Of a DNA stretch of 64,000 nt, positions 41,901 to 55,471 are shown piece by piece. Numbering within the stretch: the stretch's first letter is position 1; every line of letters begins with the position of its first letter. Source of the stretch: Perna viridis (Eukaryota). The DNA lies in contig CM074515.1 of the NCBI GenBank assembly GCA_037379345.1, positions 45,699,743 through 45,763,742 on the forward strand, in the 5' to 3' direction. Under the pieces are notes generated by a model. It had not been told where the DNA came from, ran no database searches, and saw nothing but the letters and a program-made list of their open reading frames with translations. A program made the translations under genes and the position numbers.

Positions 41901-43048
41901 CATTTCTATGTCAACAATATAATCTAATATAATGAGACCATTGGGAATAGATTGAACTCGCTAAACCTGTTTTGTTGTTTTTTATCAAAATTAGATAAAT
42001 TGTTTAAGTCTCTATATTATTCAAAACACCACCGCTGCTTGACAGTTTATGCCAGTCAAATTGAAATATCTTTACTATTAGAATGATCAACCAATATGGG
42101 CAACAGATACTTTTTTATTGACCCATTTCTTTCAGGAAGTATTAGAAAAAGACTCTTATCACCCAAAAGTAAATTATTGCTTATTATTATAAATGGTAGT
42201 GTTGGGTATTGTTTTGATAAATCATCTGTTTTTTAATCAAAATTGTAAGAATTAATTGATTTAAAAAAAAAAAAAATTTGTGACTCAAAGCACTATCAAC
42301 ATTTCATGTAATATCACTATTCTTTTGGCAGTCAATTTATCATGATAATGCCCTCTATATAAAATAATTCCTTGTTGTACATTTATCTTTCCCATAATTT
42401 TTGTTACCTAAAACTTGAAATCCATTCATTGGAATGATTTGAAATTTGATATGAAGCTTCAACCAGATGTGGATATACCATCTGTGTCTTGATTACAATC
42501 CAATTTCCTGTTGACCAGAGTGACAGGTTGAAATCATTGATGTTGTAGGCTCATGGCAGATCTTGGGTTGTTGGGTATGAACAAAATGATTTATTTCGAG
42601 GATTAGGCACATAATAGCTTAGGGATTTTATTATTTATATTTAATTATTGTGAAAAATCAAGATTTCATGCAAACATTTTTTTCTCCAATTTTAGAAAGA
42701 AAGTATGCTATGTCTGCAACCTATAACTATGTAGTTGAAATCAGACATTTCTATCCTTCAGACACAATTTATTTAGTGTCAAATTATTCAAAGGGAAATT
42801 AGAAAGTATGATATTTTTTTAACACTATCCCAGACTAAAAGGAACCCATATTGAATTGTTATTTTTGTATGCAGATAAAATACTGTATTTTCAGAAATTC
42901 TTTGCATACAGATTATTCGATTTTAGGTTGTGCCTTTTGAAACAGAGCTAATGGTACTCAAATAAAATTTGACTTCATACTTCATACTGCTTACATCATT
43001 TCTGATATACGTCACTTCAGGCAGAAAGAGCCATTCATGTTTCAGAAT

Positions 43049-43811
43049 CATGAACTGGTGGATCGTTATGGTGTCCATCCATATGCTCCATGAACTCATG
43101 GATTGTTACGGTGTACCCACCTGAACCATGAACTGGTGGATCTTTATGGTGTGTCCATCTGCACCATGAACTAATGGATCGTTACAGTGTGTCCATCTGC
43201 ACCATGAAAACTGATTTGTTCATCATGAACTCGTGGATCGTTATGGTGTATCCATCTGCACCATGAAAACTGATTTATTCATCATGAACTCGTAAATCAT
43301 TACATTGTATCCATCTGCACCATGAAAAACTGATTTATTCATCATGAACTTGTGGATCATTACGGTGTGTCCATCTGCACCATGAAAACTGATTTATTCA
43401 TCATGAACTCGTAAATCATTATGGTGTATTCATCTGCGCCATGAAAAACTGATTTATTCATCATGAACTCTTTGATCATTATGGTGTGTCCATCTGCACC
43501 ATGAAAACTGATTTTTTCAACCGGTCATAGTTTTTCTTTCCTCTTTTGTCTACCCTGGACTTGACTTTTTATGTCCAACTCAGTGGGTATTCCTAAAAAC
43601 GCAGAGGACGCTTACCTTACCAGTGCACCTGGTCCATGCTCCCAGTTTTTAGTGGAGTCCGTGATGCTCATTTGCTTTTGTTACTTTGTATGTATGATTT
43701 TAGTTACTTCATGTTCTTTGTTGTGTATGTCTGTTTTCCATGTCTGGTTTTGTCCCTGGATTACATTCCTTTGATTACCGCTATAACCTTGGTTCCCTTG
43801 ATTACTCTTTC
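43049..43811 (+). mobile_element. Penelope-like 3' fragment with a tandemly amplified 5' end (~40-60-bp units)
   Basis: catgaactcgtggatcgttatggtgtatccatctgcaccatgaaaactgatttattcat repeated ~9 times, followed by the same tail as 20280-20568. Confidence 0.8.
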
Positions 43812-44473
43812 TACAATAAATAGTAAGTTGCTGATGTTTAGTCCAAACTGTAATTAAAGTTTTTCCAGATTTAATTCCTTTTTTATATTGGTGTTACTTT
43901 TAATCATTAGGAATACATCCCTAACACATTTTCTGCTCTTTTAAAAACACAGTAATTTCTGAATTTACAGTATATAATTTGTGGAGATTAGTAACCCTTG
44001 AATTCTTGACTTACATTTCTAGCTGCATTATTGATCAGTTCTATACCAAGGGTTGTTAAAGTATTCTGCTGCTATCAAAGGAATACTTTCAGTGATCAAA
44101 TTTAAGGGGAAATACTTGCTAAATGCAAGTTGAAATTCAATGATTTCCACCTGCTAAACTGTGATAGTGGAATTTTATATGTAATAAAGGTATTTTTAAG
44201 TCCAGAAATAACCCAAAAAACTCAAATTTAGCAAGTGTAAATTTTCAGTACTTGCTAAATTTAGCGAGTGGAAAAAATTCTGAAATTCAGTCCCTGTACT
44301 TATCCAATTTGAATACTTGTTGAAAGATTTCTAGAGAATCAGTATTTTCAGGACTGATATTTTAGGTTATAGAAATAATCTTCAATACATGTATTTTTCA
44401 TAAAATTAGTACAAAACAAAATTCAATTCATGTATTTTTCATAAAATTCATAAAGAGGGTAATTTAGTTTATA

Positions 44474-44791
44474 TATTGTACAGTACCTGAACTGATTCAT
44501 GTAACAAAAATTGCAATCAGTCATCAATCACCGATCAGTTTCAGATCATGGTTTCCGTAATTTTCTTTGTCAAATTTACACATATTTAAATAATGCAATA
44601 GATTTAAACATCAATTTATATTTTTATTTCACATATGTTTCGTACGTAACAGATCATCAGTCATTTTACATAAGAAAACTGTCATCAAATGGGTCAAAGG
44701 TCATCAGTTATGGTTCTGTTAGCGATCTATCAGGCAGCGGTCATCGATCCGGCAAATCGTTGTGTGGATCGGTTCAAGGACTGCAACAGTA
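44474..44791. mobile_element. TIR element (MITE)
   Basis: Imperfect inverted ends tattgtacagtacctgaactgattca ... tggatcggttcaaggactgcaacagta. Confidence 0.55.
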
Positions 44792-46544
44792 AATTTTTTT
44801 TTTAAAAAGAAGAATCTATCTACCATTTGCCAAATTTTCTTACAGGATGAGCACAACTATTTACATAAATTACTATTGGATGGTCTAGTGATCACTCTGA
44901 GTAAACTTTTATAGTGTAAAATTCATCAAGGCATTATTTTTATATTTTGAAATTCCTTTATTTTTCTTTACAAATTTGTTTTTAAATTCTGCTTGTGTGA
45001 AATAATTATTTAGTGTTGTATGTGTAAATCAAAATTATTAAAACAGCTTATTCCTTTTAATATTCACAGAAATGTTGTCGGCCATAAAAGCTTAGTACCA
45101 CTCCAAACCCAGGAAGTTCTGGTGCCAAGATCAACTTCCACATAAAACCTCCAATTAGGAATCTATACTCAAATTATGAGTTAGTTGTTACTCAAATTAT
45201 GGGATAATTGTTACAAATGAAGCGAGTGGTCAAAACTTGTTCAACAGTTTCATGTTCTAGATCATATAGTATATTTCTGACAGACAGTTCTGATTAGTGA
45301 CAGTTGGAATCTCGCTGTTTTGAGCTTTGGGCTCCCATGAGTGCAAACATTTTATACTCTCAATTTTCATCAATTATTGTGATTTCCTAATGCTGTCTAC
45401 TGTCAATTAGTGAAGTAATTTTATGGAAAATGTGATGGAAATGGTAAAATAAGTTTAGTTCTGTTAGTTAACCCTGCCAAGTTTTCATCAATTCTTGATA
45501 TTGAGGACATATGAACTTGCTTGAACCCCTTTGATGACTTATCTCAGTGAATGAAAGATGAGAGAGAAGTCTTGGAGAAAAATGATAAGATGGTCTTCTT
45601 CTTTCATGATTTTATACTGATCTTTATGAAAAATGAACCTTGAATTATTTGCTCTATGAAATACCTATTTAGAATATGGTAATTAGAACAAGAAATGACA
45701 CCAACTTTTTCTCCACACACAGTCAGTAAAGTGAAATTTTATCAATCAGGCCTTATAAAACACATCTCATATTTACAGGTTATTCTTTATGGGTAAAAAT
45801 ATTCTACTTTGAAAAAAAAATAAGACTACTAATAACAACAACAATTAAATTACATGAAAATAAAAACTTCTTCAATGTTTGAGGATGAGTTTTTTTTATT
45901 TTAAATCCATGAAATTATCAACCTGTTATAAAAAAAAATGATTCTACTTCCCCCTTAAGCATTCAGCTATTACAATAATAACCCATTTAAGAAACAAGCC
46001 TATAAAATGCCAAGATAAAAACAGTTGTTTGATTAATGATACTCAGCTCTCATATGAACATAAGCCAAATTCTATGGGTAATTTACATGACTAAATTGAA
46101 CGTCTAAGTGTTTTGTAAGTAAAAGACGCAATATTTATCGGAAATGACATTTTATTTTAACATTTCTCTGTTCATATGGCTGCTTTTTGAATAGCGGTAG
46201 ATTTCATGAGAATTTGTAATAGATGTGAATGTTGCTTGGTAATGGTGCTCTTTAACTTATTCTGTCACTATTTTCTGTATATATATGCAAGTACTCAGAC
46301 TTTATTGCCTCGTAAGGCCACTTAAAGCTATTTTTTGTGCTCTATGAACATTTTTGATGTTGTGAGTGGGGAATTATACATTTGTAAGGTGGAACTCAAG
46401 CAAAAAATGTGTTGGTTGCAAAACTTTTGCATTGTTAACTTAAGCCTATTTTTTGCCTGGATTTTGAAGTATAGCCACATTTTCAGATCTGTTTTTTTGA
46501 AGATTTATTCCTCCTATGTTGTCCATTTTGTGATTGTGGCATTG

Positions 46545-46693
46545 ATTCATCCTAAGTTTTCCTCTTCTTTGTACCTCATCCTGAGATTTCCTCTTCTTTG
46601 TGCCTCATCCTAAGGTTTCCTCTTGTTTGTACCTCATCCTAAGATTTCCTCTTGTTTGTGCCTCATCCTAAGATTTCCTCTTGTTTGTACCTC
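46545..46693. repeat. 29-bp tandem repeat (cctcatcctaagatttcctcttgtttgta), ~5 units
   Basis: Periodicity visible directly. Confidence 0.9.
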
Positions 46694-48670
46694 CAGTGTT
46701 GCCCTCTGTTAATAGTCAGCTAAAAACCATTTTGGAGCATGATAAAGAAATTATCATGGCCTTTTTTCTACAAAAGTCATGATAATTCTTTATCATGGCC
46801 TTTATAGAATCATAAGTGATATTACCATGGCTTTTGTGCATCATTGTAGTCCTTGGAAAACTACCAGACATCATTGCCTTTACGACTTGTTCAGAAAATC
46901 ACTTTTTTGCTCTGAGAAAGTATCCATTCATTTTGATTTTAGTCATAGTGCATAGTCTTTTTTCAATATATTTTATCTTTATTTCCTGACTGGCTGTGAG
47001 AATGATACATGTTTATTAAGATTATTCTTTTCAGAACATTGCTAGACCTATTGTATAGTTTTAGTTTAGTAAATTTATTATTAAAATTTTAAGTAAATAA
47101 GAGATTTTTATTTCAGTTAAACCTTCCAATTCCACCATTGATTTCCAAAAAATATTTGAAGAAATACTAGACTGAATCTTTTCCAACAATGAAATACTAA
47201 TGAAGTTCAATGACTTGGAAGAGATGAATGTGTTTTTTTTTAGATAATTCTGCATTTCGTGTCCCAAACTTGTTAATGAAGCGCTAACAATATGAAGACA
47301 AACTGTACTTCATGATTATGTTTCTGTTTTAGTATAAAGTTTTAACACAATACCCAAATATATTACTCTCCCCTGTATTTTTTCTCCCCCACTAGATTCA
47401 TTAACCTGTCAAAATTGAAAGAAATTTTGATCGCAAGGATTATTTTGCTGTATTAGTTTAAAGTATTCTCTCATGGGTAATGCATATGACTTGATAATTT
47501 TGCAATACCAAAATTTATTACTCTCCAATGTCCTTTTCCTGTGTAGTTCGAGCTGTCTAAACAGAAAAGGAACTTTGTCTCAAAGTTGGAGTAATTATGT
47601 TAATAAAGGATAAATTTGGAATTCTACTCTCATGGGATAAACAAAATAAGTGGTAATGACAAAAAATTATCTCCCTTGGTTGACCTGGATTCTGTAAAGA
47701 ATGGTATCAGGGAAAAATTTGGGGTTATTTGAAAAGAAAAGGTGGCAGATGTAATTTATGTGCCTGAAGACCTCTTCAAAGCATTTTATCATAACTTGCG
47801 TTTACAAAACAGATTTGTGATTCTACAATTTTATTAAACTGAAACAATTCTTTAAGGATTAGATATTTATGGTTTTGCCATGATTACATTTCATATCATG
47901 GATTTTTTAAATGTTTAAAAATGTGTCAATCAAGGAAAAACTAAAACATGTATGTAATTTAAAACAACTTACCTGAATTTTTTTTTAACTAATGGTCAAA
48001 AGCTCTGTGAATTTAAAATCATGGGGATTATTGAGAGCTCCTATGCCACAAAAAATACAGTTAAGTCTTTAAAAAAAGGGAAAAGAAGCCTCAATGAAGT
48101 CTATATGATAAAATCCTGTACATTTTACACCAAGAAAATAAGCAAATAAACAGAATCTATCGGGAAGTAGTCGCTCACAGATATCTTATTTCTCTAATAA
48201 CATACAATGATACAGTACATCAAGTCTGATCGCTATGTACTAATTCTATTTTGCAATTGACTCATTTATTTGAAGTCAGAATAATGTTTCTCAGTGAGGT
48301 TTCATGTCTCCCTGCTGGCTCGTGTTTGCATGAGCTAGCACTTTAAATTTACCTGTTAACCTTTGGAACGATTCATGTGGATTAGATCTCCCATATTGAC
48401 AGTGTCTTGTGAAGGAGATTTTAATGTAGAATTAAATTTTTGTTGTAAAAACTCAATTTGTTTAGTATTTTTCAAAGAAAATATAGTTACTTTAACCAAA
48501 ATCACCCACAAACCTTACATTTTTATTTGAAAATTTTTAATTTTTCATTAAGGGGGAAAAATTTACTCTTTACCCCTCAAAATTTCTTTCTCTTATCGAC
48601 ATTTAAATACAACAAACAAAAGCAATTAGCCACCTCTGTTTTATTTATTTATTTATTTATTTTTTTTCAG

Positions 48671-48755
48671 GATAGATATTTTGACCAAACAATACAGTGA
48701 TCTGGAAGACGAATTCAGAATGGCATTGCAGATTGAGGCCTGCAGGTTTAATGAA
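48671..48755 (+). CDS. LRRCC1: LRRCC1-like exon: (K)IDILTKQYSDLEDEFRMALQIEACRFNE
   Basis: Long T-tract then cAG acceptor, GAA|GTAAG donor. The QYxDLExEFRxALxxEAxRF motif is characteristic of LRRCC1. Confidence 0.92.
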
Positions 48756-50809
48756 GTAAGCAGGATTCAAGTTGTCTTGGTATTAAAACAGTTCCCTTAA
48801 CATGCATGAATTTACTAAGTAATTCTTCATGCCTTACCCCCAGCTCTTGTGTAGAGGTGTTCGTAGATTGATGGGCAAAGGCAACACTGCTAGAAAAATA
48901 TTGGGAGATTGATTGGCAAAGGCAACACTGCTAGAAAAATCTTGGGAGATTGATTGGCAAAGTCAATTCTGCTGAAAGATCATGTGTTTATTCTTTTCCA
49001 CTACTTATTAACTTGCTGCATAAGAGTCTGTGACCAAACCTGTAAATACATTTCCTCCATTATAAATTAGTGCATTGAAAATGCATGTGACTTTTTAACC
49101 ACTTGGCTGTGTTTCAATTTCTGTGAGATTTTCCCACCATTTTACATTTTCCATGATTTCCACAGATTTCTTGGGAGAATCTGGTTCACCTTAAGCCTAT
49201 TCTTGATTTAATTTATTTCTATACTCTCTATGGTAAAATTATGATTTAAACATGCTTACTAAAGCTCCATGTTGAAAATCTTTTTTTTTCCTTTCATGTG
49301 GAGAAATAATTCAAACCACTCATTCATATGTAAATTATTTTTGTTGGTAGTCTTTGCACTTAAATGATGTAAGTATTAACTTTAAAGAAAATTGAAATGG
49401 AAGTATGAGGGAAAAGAATTCTTGTATCCAATTTAGGGGAATTCAAGGGGGAATGAACATTTATGAACAGTTATAATTATTTTGACTTTATCATCAACAA
49501 TAGCGTTTATAAGTACAGTAAATTATTACTTGTAATTGCAGGTATTTGCACAGTGTGGTTGACATGTACTTTCTAGGCATAAATTTTTTTTAAAGATTGA
49601 TTCCATATTTAGGGCTAAAAGGTTGTTAATCCTTATTGAAAAAAAATTAGAACTCTTAGCATGCATTTGGAATAGCCTTCCTATGTTAAAAGCAAAAAAA
49701 AATTTTTTTTTTTTTTTTTGGGGGGGGGGGTGTACCTTTAATACAATTAACACCTGAGGACAGTGTCTTAAGGAAATGCATGTTGAACTATTTTATAGAG
49801 CACAGTTAGAGATCTCTTAAATAAAATTTAAAATGTATAAATAATAGTAATGCATGTATTGTGAAAACTTGATAATTAATGAGTTAAAAATCTTTTTACA
49901 GAAGATTCTTCCAAATGAATTTTCGTGTGGAGCCAAATTCTACTCACAAATTCATAACTACCATTAACAAATTAAATTACACCCAAACACTCCAATAAAT
50001 ATCCACAATTTGAATTCTTCAACAAGATTCTGCAAACACCCCAACAGTAATGTCATGTCTAGTAAGACTCAATAGGATACGGAAAAGATTCTCTGTATTT
50101 CCTGTAACATTGTAATCTTTTGATTTAATTAATATGTTTTTACATTGTATACAATAGAAAGGATATTGGATGCATGCTGTGCAAGGATTACACAATGTTG
50201 TAAATGAAATAATAGTCAAATCATGTTATGTCATTATTGCATGACAGATACCGTACAGAATTCTTGATCAAGCATTTAATTTTCCGATTTAAGCATCATC
50301 AGGCATACTTTGTGAAATTGTGATAGAGAAAATTAAAGCTCCATGATGAGCTCAATACCATAAAAAATGTATTTTTTTAAATGAAGTATTACATTTTAGA
50401 TGTTTTTTATTTGTTGGTGAATTAAGCTCTGTTACCTGAGTATAAGCATTTTTTCCTGGGATTTCATTTTCTTCAGTTAAAGAAGTAAAAATAAAAAAAC
50501 TTTGTGGAAAATCACATGCACTGTAAAAGGAATTTTACATACCGGTAGTAATAGTGATCATATTTCAAGTTTCTTGTCAGTTTATTGTTTCTTTTGAAAA
50601 TTTTCCCATTTATTTATTTAATGGTCTCATTTATGAGGTTTCCCATTAGTTTAAGAAATAAATCAATTTTTCAAAGTTTTCCTATTATCCTAGGATCAAC
50701 AGGTATTCTATTTAGTTTCTACTAGATAGATTTTCAGTTGGTTTTTGGGTGCTGTTTGACAAATTTCTTATTCAGTGTTCTGCTTATGAGACAAGTTTAT
50801 CTATTTTAG

Positions 50810-50923
50810 TTACAAGAGGCCTACCAGACCATCAGTGAAGAGAATGCTGAGAACAAACAAGCACTAATGGCAGCTCATAGAAAAGATGAAAAATCAACAC
50901 AGATGATGAATGAACTGACCGCT
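50810..50923 (+). CDS. LRRCC1: LRRCC1-like exon: LQEAYQTISEENAENKQALMAAHRKDEKSTQMMNELTA
   Basis: ttttAG acceptor, GCT|GTAGGT donor, 114 bp, phase 0/0. Confidence 0.87.
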
Positions 50924-51570
50924 GTAGGTTTTAATCTCAAAGCAACCATTTGGGTGATAAAGTCGGCATCGCCTCACTTTTTAGACAAGAAAATTTCTAT
51001 GCTTAGCCATATGAGATTTCATTTAATTATATAGATAGCAGTGATTAACCGAATGTTCCTTGTGAAAAAAAAAATTTATATTTCACACTATTGAATAAAT
51101 TCTGTAATTTCACTCTTGACCTTACTCCCATCTTCACATTAGAAAAAGTTACGACACAAATATCATTCCGCCATTCATAAATTTAAAATTTATGTTGAAA
51201 TTCCAATAAATAATGGAGGAAATTTATACATCAAATAGGAGTCAATTAGTTATTGTGAATAACCAAAATATGATCACTTGTGCCAGGAACTCATTTAGAT
51301 TTAACTCGTGTGCAGAACAAGTTCTCCGCACTTGTTAAATCTATACATTTTTCAGCACTTGTGATTATATTTTGGTTATTCACCCTTTCCAATTAATTGT
51401 CCTATTAATCTTGCCCAAACCTTGCAACTTTTGTGACATGGCAATAAAACTTTTGTAAATACAAAAAAAAACAGCCACCAAGTTTTCTAAATCATAAAGT
51501 TAACTATAAAAGTGAGATAAAGAATCAAATACAGATAGGAAATGCCGGACTAGGAATTATCAAACATTCA

Positions 51571-51780
51571 ATGTTAAAGAAGTTGGCAGAACCTCGTTAA
51601 AGAACTTGATATTTTACCCTAGGGTGTCAGGGGTATATGTCTTGATGTTAAAGAAGTTGGCAGAACCTCATTAAAGAACTTTATATTTTACCCTAGGTTG
51701 TCAGGGGTATATGTCTTGATGTTCAAGAAGTTGGCAGAGCCTCGTTAAAGAACTTGATATTTTACCGTAGGGTGTCAGGG
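51571..51780. repeat. ~74-bp tandem triplication
   Basis: atgttaaagaagttggcagaacctcgttaaagaacttgatattttaccctagggtgtcaggg occurs three times. Confidence 0.9.
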
Positions 51781-51815
51781 ATGTTTTGTTGATATATATA
51801 TGATGCTTTAAACTG

Positions 51816-51844
51816 CTCGGGCATTAAACCCCAACAAACAAACA
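51816..51844 (+). mobile_element. 29-bp extreme 3' stub of the 6794-7289 retroposon family
   Basis: ctcgggcattaaaccccaacaaacaaaca flanked by the 8-bp TSD ttaaactg (51808-15 and 51845-52). Confidence 0.8.
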
Positions 51845-54024
51845 TTAAACTGTAGGAACATACAAACATTTTCACTGGTTGGAGCTGTGTTTGTATTTGA
51901 CATTGTATTGTTAAATCAGAACAGTGTTGATGTTCTATATCTCATCACATAAGTTTTGAATAATAAAATTTTTCTCACCTAAAAATTGCTGTCTAGGCAA
52001 TGTAAAAATAACTGAAAATATTGATAAAAATGAACTTAAAACATTGATCAAAATTAACTGAAAATATTGATTAAAATTATTTTAATTGGAACATTGATCA
52101 GAATTGACTTAGAATATCGACCAAAATTTTGCCTAGCAGAACATCAGTACATAAGCACTAAAATACCACAAATCATCGGAACTGGAAGGAAGCATGATAC
52201 AAACCAGCTGCATGTAATTCATTGCACCAACCTAACAAGAAAAAGTAACAATTTTGCAAAATTTTTTATTTTCATAACCTAAAAATACATGTCAAGGTTA
52301 AGAATTAAATATTACATAAAATTAGGTGTAAATTGTGACAGAATTTAATTTTGCTGGGAAAGATTAGTTACACTGCTCAGGAGATCAAATATTAATATTT
52401 CATTATTTTTTGTTTTTTATAGCAGTCAAGGGAGGCTTTTGATAAATCCTTTGAATGACCTTGACTTAATTAATGTATCTAAAAATAGATCTTCTTAGTG
52501 GTGAAATAGTTGCTATAATAGTTTTTGTCATGTAAGGGTTGATAAAACATGTTTAAAAAATTGGTCATTCAGGTGTCTTTTTTCTTCAATATCAACCCAT
52601 TGTTTTAGGAATGTGAATTTCAGTCTCCCAGGGCAAAAGAAAATTTGGTGGAGGAAAGATATTTATTATGTTTCACATTCCTTTTAGGCAAGGATTAAAC
52701 ATGAATTTCCAAAAAGATAAATTAAGTTTGGGAGGCAGATTTTTTTAAGGGAATGTTGATTTTTTATTTTGAGCTTTCTTGTGGAAACCTAAAATTCTCA
52801 GATCCAAGGTCAGTGTCACTGTAGATCCTTATGAAATATAGAGTGAACCAGCAGTGGTACCTATCTCACACATTTTGCATAAGACTGACACAAGATATGT
52901 AATGTGTAAAATTTCATTTGACCCTTTTATGTTTCATTATTAACCTACCAAGGCTTTGACAAAGTTTGCACTTGAAAATTAAAAATAGTCCTGGAGGAGG
53001 GAATTATACCTTGTTTTGTTTTTTACTACTGGTATATGATTGCAAACATGGCTCTTCCTTCTTAAATAACTACATAAAATTTTTCTGTAGTTTTTATGCT
53101 ATAATTTGAGTATTAGTTGATCTTTTTTAAATTTTGTAAGAAGGTTCCAAATCACAAAAGGAAGATTTGTATTGATTTTGGAAGTTATAAACCCAATGGT
53201 TTAAGAATTAGGGGCCAAAAGGGGACCCTTAAACTATATAACGCCATTAAAAGCATATGAATGTCTATGATATTGTTACTCAGTATTCTCTACCACGAAA
53301 GTGAGACTTGGATTGATTTTGGGGTAAAGATTTGAACTTTTCAGAAATTAAGGGTCAAAAAAGGGTGCTAGAAACATGCATGTTCCTTATGTCCAGGCAA
53401 TAATTTAACTATTAGTGTATAAATTAATTTGAGATAATTACTGTAATCTGATTGGTTAAAATAATTTTGTTTTATCTCAGTGGATAAAAAAAATATTGAC
53501 ACGCCCTTATTCAGTTAAATTCAGAGCTACTTTTTTCATGTTTAAAGATAAAAATATGTTTTAAAATTAATTTATAAGAATTGACTATGATAAAAATTTT
53601 GTCTATTGAAAATTAACATCAATTTTTTCATGTGCATATTGTTTATTGTGCGAAGTGCCAATTCTTAAATGAATCTCTCTAAAATTTATTACAAGATGCC
53701 AAACCACCCATGGAAGACTTGGATTGATTTTTGAGGGTGTAGCTTGAGCTAAGATTTTCAATAAGGGGCCACAAAGTGACCAGACACAAGTATTTTTCTG
53801 ATTTCTGGACAATAGCTTGAGTGAAAGGGAATGGGTTGCTTTGAAACAAGGTGCCATATACCCACTGGACAGTAGCTTGAGTGAAAGGGAATGGATTGCT
53901 TTGAAACAAGGTGCCATATACCTTTAGGTGGTTTGAGGTTGATTTAGGAATAATGGCCAAAAAGTGTCCAGTCTGTTCAAACTTTTATCTTACATCTAAT
54001 CATAATCAAAATTCTAAGCTGTTT

Positions 54025-55186
54025 CAAGTTTGAATGGTGTCCATACTTGCCCCAACTGATCGGGGCCTGACCTCTGTAATGTAATCAAGTTTGAATGGTG
54101 TCCATACTTGCCCCAACTGATCGGGGCCTGACCTCTGTAATGTATTCAAGTTTGAATGGTGTCCATACTTGCCCCACCTGATCATGGCCTGACCTCTGTA
54201 ATGTATTCAAGTTTGAATGGTGTCCATACTTGCCCCAACTGATCATGGCCTGACCTCTGTAATGTAATCAAGTTTGAATGGTGTCCATACTTGCCCCAAC
54301 TGATCGGGGCCTGACCTCTGTAATGTAATCAAGTTTGAATGGTGTCCATACTTGCCCCAACTGATCGGGGCCTGACCTCTGTAATGTATTCAAGTTTGAA
54401 TGGTGTCCATACTTGCCCCACCTGATCATGGCCTGACCTCTGTAATGTATTCAAGTTTGAATGGTGTCCATACTTGCCCCAACTGATCATGGCCTGACCT
54501 CTGTAATGTAATCAAGTTTGAATGGTGTCCATACTTGCCCCAACTGATCGGGGCCTGACCTCTGTAATGTAATCAAGTTTGAATGGTGTCCATACTTGCC
54601 CCAACTGATCGGGGCCTGACCTCTGTAATGTAATCAAGTTTGAATGGTGTCCATACTTGCCCCAACTGATCGGGGCCTGACCTCTGTAATGTAATCAAGT
54701 TTGAATGGTGTCCATACTTGCCCCAACTGATCGGGGCCTGACCTCTGTAATGTAATCAAGTTTGAATGGTGTCCATACTTGCCCCAACTGATCGGGGCCT
54801 GACCTCTGTAATGTAATCAAGTTTGAATGGTGTCCATACTTGCCCCAACTGATCGGGGCCTGACCTCTGTAATGTATTCAAGTTTGAATGGTGTCCATAC
54901 TTGCCCCAACTGATCGGGGCCTGACCTCTGTAATGTATTCAAGTTTGAATGGTGTCCATACTTGCCCCAACTGATCGGGGCCTGACCTCTGTAATGTAAT
55001 CAAGTTTGAATGGTGTCCATACTTGCCCCAACTGATCAGGGCCTGACCTCTGTAATGTAATCAAGTTTGAATGGTGTCCATACTTGCCCCAACTGATCAT
55101 GGCCTGACCTCTGTAATGTAATCAAGTTTGAATGGTGTCCATACTTGCCCCAACTGATCAGGGCCTGACCTCTGCAATTGTATCAA
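54025..55186. repeat. Highly homogeneous 61-bp minisatellite, ~19 units
   Basis: caagtttgaatggtgtccatacttgccccaactgatcggggcctgacctctgtaatgtaat at 54025, 54086, 54147 and onward. Confidence 0.97.
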
Positions 55187-55399
55187 GCTGCACCTTTTAA
55201 AGCATTACATTGTCAATAGTAGTATTTCTACTTTGGAAATCATGCAAAGTGAATTCTATTCAGTGAAAAATGAAAGTTTATGTATATTGCTTTGAAGAAA
55301 CTTGTTCAGACAAGGAGCATTACGAAAGTCTATAGCACACAGGGCCGACCAAGATATTTTTAAGGGTTTGGTAGTGATATAAAACATTTTGTTTTACAG

Positions 55400-55471
55400 T
55401 TGGTTAAGGAGCAGAAAGGCAGAATAACAGAGTTGTCCAGATGTAAACAAGAACAGGTAGTGGAGTACAAG
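55400..55471 (+). CDS. LRRCC1: LRRCC1-like exon: LVKEQKGRITELSRCKQEQVVEYK
   Basis: ttttacAG acceptor, AAG|GTAGGT donor, VKEQK motif. An alternative in-frame donor after 55456 is possible. Confidence 0.87.

Noticed and set aside
50275-50310. Hammerhead-like core on the minus strand (CUGAUGA...GAAA)
   Set aside because: Stems I-III could not be paired convincingly. At best a decayed remnant.
54025-55186. CRISPR-like appearance of the regular arrays (also 3980-5290 and 59655-59967)
   Set aside because: Units are head-to-tail with no unique spacers, there are no cas genes, and the context is a eukaryotic intron.
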